From positions 1 through 31,033 of IMG/VR virus record IMGVR_UViG_3300033067_000373: a DNA stretch of 31,033 nucleotides. One strand, 5' to 3'. The notes under the pieces were generated by a model, which worked only from the letters and a program-made list of their open reading frames with translations, made no database searches and was not told the origin of the DNA. Positions 16,649-25,193 of this stretch are shown in pieces. This stretch comes from a virus. Its lineage: Duplodnaviria > Caudoviricetes. The translations under genes and the position numbers were made by a program. Positions within the stretch are counted from its first letter, which is position 1. Every line of letters begins with the position of its first letter.

Positions 16649-19105
16649 ATGGCACGGATTACCCCGCTGAAAGCATCCTTTAACGGCGGCGAGTTCTCCC
16701 CCTTCGTCGAAGGCCGCACGGACGTTTCGAAATACCCGAACGCCTGCAGCATTCTTGAAAACTTCCTGCCACTTGTGCAAGGCCCAATCCTGCGGCGCGG
16801 TGGCACGCGCTTTGTGCAGGAAATCCGCAACAGCGCGCAGCGTTCATGGCTCTATAAGTTCCGCTTCAACATCAATCAGTCGTTCACCATCGAGTTTGGC
16901 GACCAGTATCTGCGATTCTTCACGAACCGTGGCCCCGTGGTCGAAACGGCGAAGGTCATCACTGGCGCAACGCAGGCCAACCCGTGCGTGATTACCTCCG
17001 TTGGGCATGGCTTCGTGACGGGCGATTACATTTATATTGCGTCTGTTGTCGGAATGACACAGTTGAACGGCAAATACTTCAAGGTGACGAACCTGACGGC
17101 CAACACATTCAGCCTGCAAGATCAGGACGGCAACAACATCAACTCGACCGCGTTCACCGCGTATTCCAGCGGCGGCACAGCGAGCCGCGTGCTGCAGGTC
17201 ACAACCCCGTATCTGGTCGCCGACCTCGTGCTGTCGACGGGCGAGTTCGCGCTATCGTTCGAGCAATCAGGCGATGTGCTTTACATCACCCACAAAACGG
17301 GCAAATACCAGCCGCGCAAGTTGACCCGACTGAGCAGCACAAGCTGGACAATCACCACGCTGGACACGGCCAACGGGCCATTCAAGGACTTGAACACCAC
17401 CACAGGCACGACTGTCTATGCCAGTGCCGCGACGGGCGTGGGCATCACTGTCACTGCCTCCAGCGCAATCTTCCTCGCCACGCATGTCGGTTCGTTATTC
17501 CTGATCGAGCGCGAATATAAAACCGCCACGACGCAGCCGCAGTGGGAAGTCGGCAAGGCCGTTGCCGCCAATGCCCTGCGCGTGAGCGGAAACAATACCT
17601 ACGAAGCCATGAATGCCGCCACCACGGGCAGCGTGAAGCCGACGCATACCGAAGGCGTGGTAAGCGACGGTGCGGTGAATTGGCAGTACAACCATAGCAA
17701 TTTCGGCGTGGTGCGGATTACCGCGATCGGTGGCGGCGGAACGACTGCGACCTGCGATGTGGTGACGCGCCTGCCTGAAAGCGTTGTCGGCGTGGGCAAT
17801 ACCAGCTACAAATGGGCGCATTCGCTGTTTTCTGCAGCAGAAGGCTGGCCTGAGTTGGTGCGCATCCACCTCGAACGCCTGACGCTATTTCGCGGCATTC
17901 GCTGGGCGGCAAGCGTATCGGGCGATTACGAGAACTTTGCCAAGCGCATCGGTGGGGAAATTACCAAGGACGCAGCCGTCACTGGCGTGCTGCCCAGCGC
18001 AGATTCAACCCGCTGGGTCATCTCGCAGGGCGAGTTCCTGCTGGCAGGCACGGCATCATCCGTCATCGCCATCAGCAAAATCACCACCTCCGACCCATTC
18101 GGCCCAGGCAACGTGCAGGCGCTGGCGCAGAACGGCGAGGGCAGCGGGCCGATTGACCCTTACATTGTCGGCGATGAAATCGTGTTCGCCTCCCGCTCTG
18201 GGCGCTCGCTCATGGGTACGAAATACGACGCCATCCCGCTCAAGTATGTGGCGGGCGACCTGTCGACGCTTTCCGATCACCTCATCAAGGCAGGCCTCGC
18301 GCAGGTGTGCTACTGTCAGGAACCCTACAGCATTTTGTTCAGCGCCACCAAGGACGGCACGCTGGTCGGCTTCACCTTCGACCGCACGCAGGATGTGCTG
18401 GCATGGCATCCGCATCCTGTCGGCGGCGATGGCTATGTCGAGTCAGTCATCGAGAACCCCGCGCCCGATGGCACGCGCGATGACCTGTGGCTGATTGTGA
18501 AGCGCACGATCAACGGCGTGACCCGCCGCTATGTGGAGTATGTCGAAGCCGAGTTCGATGGAACCGACGCGACAATCGCCGATGCGTTCTATGTCGATTG
18601 CGGCCTTACCTACAGCGGCGCATCCACCAGCAGCATCAGCGGCCTCGATCACCTCAAAAACACCGCCGTGTCGATTCTGGCGAACGGCGCGGTGCATCCG
18701 CAAAAAACCGTCAGTGCCACGGGAACTGTAACCCTCGACTTCCCTGTCACCAAGGCGCAGATCGGCCTGCAGATGACAGCGAAAATGCGAACCATGCGGA
18801 TTGAGGGCGGCAGTCAGCAAGGCACGGCGCAGGGCAAAACCAAGCGCATCGACCAGATTCTGCTGCGCGTTTATAAGTCGCTGGGCGGCTATGTCGGGCC
18901 GAACGAGAACCAGCTTGACCCGCTGATTTACCGCGAGGCCAATGCGCCAATGGACACCCCGCCCGCGATAGTGAGCGGCGACCTTGAGCCTATTCCGTTC
19001 GATGGCGACTATGAAACCGAAGGCTACTGGATGGTCGTTTGCCCAGACCCTCACCCATTCAATATCATCACCACTTCACCACGGTGCAACGTCTATGAAA
19101 ATTAG
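16649..19105 (+). CDS. Tail nozzle (tubular protein B, T7 gp12/P22 gp10-like)
   Basis: SFNGGE.SP...GR.D..KY, NF.P..QG...RR.GT.F, Q.GDV, AWH.H, V.R.ING...RYVE. Confidence 0.9.
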   Translation: MARITPLKASFNGGEFSPFVEGRTDVSKYPNACSILENFLPLVQGPILRRGGTRFVQEIRNSAQRSWLYKFRFNINQSFTIEFGDQYLRFFTNRGPVVETAKVITGATQANPCVITSVGHGFVTGDYIYIASVVGMTQLNGKYFKVTNLTANTFSLQDQDGNNINSTAFTAYSSGGTASRVLQVTTPYLVADLVLSTGEFALSFEQSGDVLYITHKTGKYQPRKLTRLSSTSWTITTLDTANGPFKDLNTTTGTTVYASAATGVGITVTASSAIFLATHVGSLFLIEREYKTATTQPQWEVGKAVAANALRVSGNNTYEAMNAATTGSVKPTHTEGVVSDGAVNWQYNHSNFGVVRITAIGGGGTTATCDVVTRLPESVVGVGNTSYKWAHSLFSAAEGWPELVRIHLERLTLFRGIRWAASVSGDYENFAKRIGGEITKDAAVTGVLPSADSTRWVISQGEFLLAGTASSVIAISKITTSDPFGPGNVQALAQNGEGSGPIDPYIVGDEIVFASRSGRSLMGTKYDAIPLKYVAGDLSTLSDHLIKAGLAQVCYCQEPYSILFSATKDGTLVGFTFDRTQDVLAWHPHPVGGDGYVESVIENPAPDGTRDDLWLIVKRTINGVTRRYVEYVEAEFDGTDATIADAFYVDCGLTYSGASTSSISGLDHLKNTAVSILANGAVHPQKTVSATGTVTLDFPVTKAQIGLQMTAKMRTMRIEGGSQQGTAQGKTKRIDQILLRVYKSLGGYVGPNENQLDPLIYREANAPMDTPPAIVSGDLEPIPFDGDYETEGYWMVVCPDPHPFNIITTSPRCNVYEN

Positions 19106-19532
19106 CATCGAACAGTTGAAAGTGCATCACCTGATTAGCCTTGATATGCGCGGGGTTCAGCCTGCGCAGCATTGGGTGGTCGAGTCCATGAAAAACCCGC
19201 AATGGTTCGAAACGATGGTGAACTCTGGCCCGTGCTGCGCGTTTCTCGACCCGCATGGCGTGGCTGCGATCGGCGGCATCATCGAGTTCAAAGGTTCAGG
19301 CCGTGGCATCGTATGGGCAATCTTCGCGCATAACAGCGGCGAACATTTTGTTTCTCTCTATCGCAAAATGCGCCGCGCTATGCTATCAGTGAAGCTGACT
19401 CGCTATGAAGCCTACATCAACCCAGAGTTCCAGCAGGCACGCCGCCTTGCTTCGCTCTCTGGGTTTTGTCGTGAGGGCTTGATGCGTCGGCATGAAAACG
19501 GAATCGACAAGGAACTGTGGGCGCTCACATGA
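19095..19532 (+). CDS. GNAT-fold protein at the T7 gp13/P22 gp14 position
   Basis: AIGG......G.VWA, R.EA.....F....R.A...GF.REG.MR. Start reassigned to ATG 19095. Confidence 0.7.
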   Translation: MKISIEQLKVHHLISLDMRGVQPAQHWVVESMKNPQWFETMVNSGPCCAFLDPHGVAAIGGIIEFKGSGRGIVWAIFAHNSGEHFVSLYRKMRRAMLSVKLTRYEAYINPEFQQARRLASLSGFCREGLMRRHENGIDKELWALT

Positions 19533-20194
19533 AACATCACCCAGCACATCCCGATTATCGCAACCGCTTTAACCTGTGGGGCTGCGCAAATTTTGACCCC
19601 GTAACGATGGCAGTCGTCGCCACCGCAGTGACGGCTGCAGGCGCAATTCAGGAAGGAAACGCGCAGGCCAGCGCCTACAAGCGCGAAGCCGCTGTGAACG
19701 AGGAAAATGCACGCATCGCCCGCCTAAATGCCGAGCGCACAGGGCAGGCATACTCGCTGCAGGAGGACAAGCTGCGCCGCTCGCAGAAGCTGGCGCTCGG
19801 GCAACAGCGCGCCGCTGCGTTTGAATCTGGCGTTGGCGGTGGCACGGGCAGCAATCTCGAGATTCAGGTGGAGGATAGCGCCCAGGCCGAACTCGACGCG
19901 CTCACCCTGCGCTATGATGGCCAGAACGAGCGCACGAACCAGCTTAACCAGGGCATCCAATTCAGCAATGCTGCAGCGACCAGCCGCACCAACGCCAAAA
20001 CTGCGCGGCAAGCTGGCTACATGAAGGCGCTGGGTGCAGTGGCCAGCGGCGGCGCAAAGATCAGCGGCTATGGCTCGCAAATGGAAACCGTGGCAACGCC
20101 TGGTGCAAACCCAAGTTTGCCGTGGCAGGCTGGCGTGCAAAACGGCACGCTCGCACGCAATCGCTACGTCAGCAAATATGATTGGGAAATGTAA
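19529..20194 (+). CDS. Small ejection (internal virion) protein, T7 gp14/P22 gp7-like
   Basis: DP followed by hydrophobic VTMAVVATAVTAAGAI, Ala-rich helices, G.QRA....SG....GS. ATGA-coupled start at 19529. Confidence 0.75.
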   Translation: MKHHPAHPDYRNRFNLWGCANFDPVTMAVVATAVTAAGAIQEGNAQASAYKREAAVNEENARIARLNAERTGQAYSLQEDKLRRSQKLALGQQRAAAFESGVGGGTGSNLEIQVEDSAQAELDALTLRYDGQNERTNQLNQGIQFSNAAATSRTNAKTARQAGYMKALGAVASGGAKISGYGSQMETVATPGANPSLPWQAGVQNGTLARNRYVSKYDWEM

Positions 20195-22617
20195 TGGCAA
20201 CGCAGATCAACCGCTACCAGAGCATGATTACGCCGACTCCCGCGATCAACCGCGTGCAGGAGCAGCAGCAGAAACTTGTCGACAATTCTGGCAAGGCGCT
20301 CTCGACAATGGGCGAGGTCGTCGGTCAGTATGCCGAGGGGTTGCAGAAGCAGGAACTCACCCGCGAGAAAGCGAATCAGGAACTGTGGCTGGCAAGCCGC
20401 GAGGCAGCCGATAAAGTCGCAGCAAAGCAGATTTATGAAACTGCCACCAAAAACGCGCAATCGGGAGGAAGCATCAAGGACAGCATCGACAAAGAGTGGT
20501 CGACTTATGTGCAGAAACAGCAGGAAGCCACCAAGGATAATCCGTATTTGAACACGGCCTATTCCGAGCAGCTTGCCAAAATTAAAGGCGCAGTCGATCT
20601 GCAGACGAACGAATGGGAAACCACCGAGCAGTCGCGCTATACCGCAAAAACGACGCAGGATGCCGCCGAAAACATGAAGCGGAACTGGGAGGAATTGCCC
20701 GATGCCGCCGAGGTCAACAAGCAGTTTCAGGCAGATGTTGCGCGCCTCAATAAAATCGTCGATTCTGCCCAGCTTGACCCCGCTGAAAAAGACAAGCTGC
20801 GCGACATTCTTAAAAAGGACATGCCTGATGCTGCCATGTCCATCATCCTCGACAAGAACCCCGATGCAGTCGCGGCCTATGGCGGCGGCAACTTTAACTA
20901 TGCAGTGAGTCAGGTGCTGGGCAAAGAGGGCGGCTATGTTGCCAACGATGCAAACGCAGGCGAAACCAATTTCGGCATCAACAAAACGGCAAACCCAGAT
21001 GTCGATATAAAAAACCTCACCAAGGAAAAGGCTATCGAAATCTACCGCGAACGGTATTGGAACGCCATTGGTGCGGATAAGCTGCCACCCGATCTGGCCT
21101 ATATCGCCTTCGATGCGGCAGTCAATCAAGGCGTACCTGCCGCCAAGGAAATGCTGGATAAAGCCAACGGCGATGTGCAGAAATTTGTGCAACTGCGTGA
21201 GGAACGCTACAAGGAAACAGCAAAAAACCCAGAGAAAGCGGCGTATCTCAATGCGTGGCTCAAGCGCAATCAGGACACGCTGCAGGAATCCAGCGGCATC
21301 TCCGCCTATAAAATGGGGACGCTCGAGCAGCGCATGGGCTGGAAAGAGAAAGCCGAGCGCAAGATTGCGGCGCGCGAAGCTGAAAGCAAGCGGCAGATTT
21401 CGCTTGGCGAATCCTACATCAAAACCATCGAGGACAGGCTTTCGAATGGCATGACAATTCCGCCAACTGAAATGGCCACAATTCAACAGCAAATTGGTAA
21501 TATCAATAATCCAATTCTCAACCAGAAATGGGCGGAAACAACCGAGAAAGCAGCGACGCAAAAGGAATATCTTTCGATGACTCCGATGGGGCTGCAAAAC
21601 CATATCGCCGAAGTTTTAATGCCATCCGTCAATAGCGGGGGCGCAACCAGCATGGAGGCTGCCAAGCTGGAAGTTGCGCAAAAAACTCTTAGCAGCATGA
21701 TGAAAATGGCCGATGAAAATCCCCTTGGGTTGATTGAGCGCCAAGGCGTTACCGTGCCGCCGCTCGACTTTACGAATCCAGATAGCATGATTGGCCGCAT
21801 GACCTATGCCGACCAGCTTTCAGCTACCTATGGCGCATCCTATGGCAAATCGTTTTTTCAGCCTGCAGAAAAGGCGTATGTCGAGAACTATTTGAGCAAC
21901 CAGCCATTCGACAAAGTGCAAAAGCTAGCGCAAAATTTTGTTGCTGGTATGGGGCCAAAAGCGCCATTGGTTGCCGAGCAATTTGAAAAGAGCGCACCAG
22001 GCTTTGCCTATGCAGTTGGCGTTCTCGCTTCTGACCCATCACAGACTGGCACTGCAAATGCAATCATCGAGGGCAGTTACGCGCTTAAGCGCGACCCGAA
22101 ACTTGCCCCGAAAGAATCGGAATATGGCTCTATAACAGATGAATGGCAGGGGTACATAGCTGACCCCGTGCAATTCTCAGCAGCGCGCGATGCTGCACTT
22201 GCAATCTATGTTGCCCGCAACGGCACGATGCCGTTTAATGCCGATAAAATGAAAGAAGCTATGAGCGCCGCCGTTGGCGGTGGTGAGAAGGTGACTATCA
22301 ATGGCACAAACACTGTGTCCCCTCCAGGGGTAACTGCCCAACAATTTGAGGATTTTATTAATAGCCTCACCATCGAAAAAATGAAGCCTCTCACTAATTT
22401 TTCTGTGCCTTATTATGTGGATTCTAACGGAAAACCAAAAGCGCAATTCAATACAAAAGATGACAAAATACGCCCAGTTGCAATCGCTGCAGGGGTTTAT
22501 CAGCTTTATGGGCCAGATAAAAAGAAGTTGGCGGGCGGGGAGTCGACCGATGCGGCTGCTATAATGACCGTTACCAAGCAGGATGTGCTGCGCTATGCTA
22601 AAATGGGGGGGATGTAA
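20194..22617 (+). CDS. Ejection protein with an internal GH108 (EGGY) lysozyme domain
   Basis: EGGYV.N.....ETNFGI...LT...A..IY..RYW...D.LP..LA...FD.AVN.G at about 20890-21280. TAATG-coupled start. Confidence 0.8.
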   Translation: MATQINRYQSMITPTPAINRVQEQQQKLVDNSGKALSTMGEVVGQYAEGLQKQELTREKANQELWLASREAADKVAAKQIYETATKNAQSGGSIKDSIDKEWSTYVQKQQEATKDNPYLNTAYSEQLAKIKGAVDLQTNEWETTEQSRYTAKTTQDAAENMKRNWEELPDAAEVNKQFQADVARLNKIVDSAQLDPAEKDKLRDILKKDMPDAAMSIILDKNPDAVAAYGGGNFNYAVSQVLGKEGGYVANDANAGETNFGINKTANPDVDIKNLTKEKAIEIYRERYWNAIGADKLPPDLAYIAFDAAVNQGVPAAKEMLDKANGDVQKFVQLREERYKETAKNPEKAAYLNAWLKRNQDTLQESSGISAYKMGTLEQRMGWKEKAERKIAAREAESKRQISLGESYIKTIEDRLSNGMTIPPTEMATIQQQIGNINNPILNQKWAETTEKAATQKEYLSMTPMGLQNHIAEVLMPSVNSGGATSMEAAKLEVAQKTLSSMMKMADENPLGLIERQGVTVPPLDFTNPDSMIGRMTYADQLSATYGASYGKSFFQPAEKAYVENYLSNQPFDKVQKLAQNFVAGMGPKAPLVAEQFEKSAPGFAYAVGVLASDPSQTGTANAIIEGSYALKRDPKLAPKESEYGSITDEWQGYIADPVQFSAARDAALAIYVARNGTMPFNADKMKEAMSAAVGGGEKVTINGTNTVSPPGVTAQQFEDFINSLTIEKMKPLTNFSVPYYVDSNGKPKAQFNTKDDKIRPVAIAAGVYQLYGPDKKKLAGGESTDAAAIMTVTKQDVLRYAKMGGM

Positions 22618-25193
22618 TGTTTCTCCGCAACCCGCAGGCTATATCGGCTGGCATCCAAGGAAAAAGTAGCCAAAATGAAAGCGAGCAAACCTATTCTACT
22701 GGCCCTGAAAGCGGCCTTGTAGAAAACTGGAAAGCAAACGCAGCACTGAAATATGCCGATACGCAATGGGCTATGAAAGCCCAGATTGATCGCGGTTTAC
22801 GCCAGCGCGAGGAGATGGTTTTTCAAAAGACTGGTCAGCGGTTAAGTCATGCGTATTACTTCCCAGAACTATCGCAGGCCGTCGATGACGACGCAGTGAA
22901 GCCAAGTGAATTTGCCCGTGATTATTACAGCAAGGTACGCGAAAGTGCTGCCGATGAATCCCTTGCCAATGCGCGTGATGTCGAACGCAAAATAAAAAAG
23001 CTGCGAGAAACTGACCCAAGCATTCCCGATTTCACACAAATACTTGCTGACGCAAAATCAAATGTTCAGATGCTGCGAGAGCAGCGCGATGAGGTTGACG
23101 AACGCGCAACGACGTTGGGGAAAATCGGCGGATTTGTTGGCGGCATAAACGCAACGTTGAATGAAAACAACCCATGGTCACTAGCCACATTGCCCATCGG
23201 AGGCGTTGGCAAAACTGTTGCCGGACGAGTGGCCACTGAGTTCATGTCGCAATCTGCAATCGAGTACGTCAACCAATTCAACTTCATTAAAAAAGAGCGC
23301 GAGATTTATGGCGATGTTTTTAACCCTGAGGATGCGAAACGAAGCGTTCTGCTTGCGGGAGCAGGTGGGGCTTTGTTTCGTGGCGCATTTGAAGCCGCGC
23401 CTGTTTTAAAAAACACCGTGCGCGACAAGGCGCTACAGACATCAATCAAAATTGACGAACTAGCCACAAAAGACACGCGCGTTGGTCGACTTGCCGCGCG
23501 CATCACGCGCGCAAAAACACCACAGGAAGCTGCAACCGCAATTCGTGAAGCGCCGACCAGCGTGGTAAATTCGTTTGTAGACGAAGTAGATGCAAACCCG
23601 AATGAGAGCGTTCGCATTGCTAAAATGGCAATCGAACCAGAACTGCTTATGGAGCGCGCATTGCCGCGCGGGGTCGAATGGGCTGACCATGTGAATACGG
23701 CGAACCAGGTCAATGATACACTGGAGCGCGGCGAACCGCTGCCCGACCTCACCCCCGCGACAGGCAACACCATCGGGCGGTCACTGCCTGCAGTTCCAGT
23801 GCGCGACCTCGTGGTAGATGCCGAACGCTTCCAGTTCAAGGAAGGCGGCGACGGCATGGGGGTCACTGAGCGCCTGAAAGGGATTCAGGAATGGAACCCC
23901 GACCTTGCAGGCACAATCGCCGTGTGGGAAGCAAAAGACGGTACGCGCTACATCGCAGACGGCCACCAACGCACGGGGCTTGCGCGGCGCATTATGGCGA
24001 GTAACCCCAATATGGATATTCGCATCCCTGCGCATATTTACCGCGAGGTCGACGGCATCACCCCGCGCGATGCGCGCTACTATGCGGCCATTAAAAACAT
24101 TGGCGAAGGTACGGGCAGCGCGCTCGACACGGCCAAAGTGTTCAAATACGGCGACAAGGAATCACTCGACAAGGTGATGCGCAGCCTCGCGCCGAATCAG
24201 GCGAACGTGAAGCAGGGGAAGGCAATCGCGGCGCTGGGCGATGAAGCATTCCGCCTCGCTGAAACCACCAACGTGCCGCAGAATTATTCGGCGCTGATTG
24301 CCGACCTCACGCAAGACGAAGCGAAGCAAGCCGCGATGATGCGCCTACTGATCGAATCGGAACCCGACAATGCGTTCATGGCGCAGCAGATCATGCGGCA
24401 GGCGCTTTCGGATGATTTCAGCGCGGAAACCACGGTCGACCTTTTTGGTGAAGTCACCAACATGGTTCCACTCTATACCGACAAGGCGAAGGTGCTGGAC
24501 AAGGCGCTGAAACACATCGGCAAGGAAAAAAGCGCGCTTGCCAATCTGGTGCGAAACGACGATATTGTGCAGGCGTTCGGTAACACGCTGAACATCGACG
24601 CAACCCAGCAAGGGCTGGACATTGCAAAGTCACTGCAGGCGGTCATCGAAAAACAGGCCTTCACCAAAGGCCCGATTTCCGACCTTCTAACCCAAGCCGC
24701 AAAAGAGGTGCAAAATGGTACAAGCCACGGAGCCGCAGCCAGAGGATTCACAACCCTACTCAGAGAGCAAATTAAGGCAAATGGCCTTACAAGCCTTCTC
24801 TCAGATACAGCAGGAAAATTTGATTTACCGAGCAAATCGTTTGGCGAAATTGCAGGCATCGAACAGCAAAACCTATTCCGTGAAGCCGTAGAAAAAACTG
24901 CGCCGATGGGGGAACCCAAGGCGATCGAGGCGCGTTATAATGATTTCAAGGAAGCCGCTGGTGCGGCGGAAATGGATGCTGCTTCCAAAGTATCCAAGAT
25001 TGACGAATCAGCGGCTGAAATTGAGCGCCAGTTTGCCACAATCAACCTTGATGAAGAATTGCCGATGGATGGTTTTTCTGTAAAATTCGAGGATGGGCGC
25101 GAAGTGCCAGAGTTCAAAACGGTGCGCGACATGCTCGCCGATATTGAGGAATCAGACGCAATCGCCAAAGCCGCAACGGAGTGCCTGCTATGA
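22617..25193 (+). CDS. Ejection protein with an internal ParB/Srx-like domain
   Basis: Located between ejection genes. V..LVVD..RFQFK...GTIAVWE..DG..YIADGHQR..LA at about 23790-24150. Confidence 0.7.
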   Translation: MFLRNPQAISAGIQGKSSQNESEQTYSTGPESGLVENWKANAALKYADTQWAMKAQIDRGLRQREEMVFQKTGQRLSHAYYFPELSQAVDDDAVKPSEFARDYYSKVRESAADESLANARDVERKIKKLRETDPSIPDFTQILADAKSNVQMLREQRDEVDERATTLGKIGGFVGGINATLNENNPWSLATLPIGGVGKTVAGRVATEFMSQSAIEYVNQFNFIKKEREIYGDVFNPEDAKRSVLLAGAGGALFRGAFEAAPVLKNTVRDKALQTSIKIDELATKDTRVGRLAARITRAKTPQEAATAIREAPTSVVNSFVDEVDANPNESVRIAKMAIEPELLMERALPRGVEWADHVNTANQVNDTLERGEPLPDLTPATGNTIGRSLPAVPVRDLVVDAERFQFKEGGDGMGVTERLKGIQEWNPDLAGTIAVWEAKDGTRYIADGHQRTGLARRIMASNPNMDIRIPAHIYREVDGITPRDARYYAAIKNIGEGTGSALDTAKVFKYGDKESLDKVMRSLAPNQANVKQGKAIAALGDEAFRLAETTNVPQNYSALIADLTQDEAKQAAMMRLLIESEPDNAFMAQQIMRQALSDDFSAETTVDLFGEVTNMVPLYTDKAKVLDKALKHIGKEKSALANLVRNDDIVQAFGNTLNIDATQQGLDIAKSLQAVIEKQAFTKGPISDLLTQAAKEVQNGTSHGAAARGFTTLLREQIKANGLTSLLSDTAGKFDLPSKSFGEIAGIEQQNLFREAVEKTAPMGEPKAIEARYNDFKEAAGAAEMDAASKVSKIDESAAEIERQFATINLDEELPMDGFSVKFEDGREVPEFKTVRDMLADIEESDAIAKAATECLL

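Noticed and set aside
20164-21603. 479-aa antisense ORF
   Set aside because: It is the in-register antisense shadow of the ejection gene, expected from codon bias. No RBS or recognisable motif.
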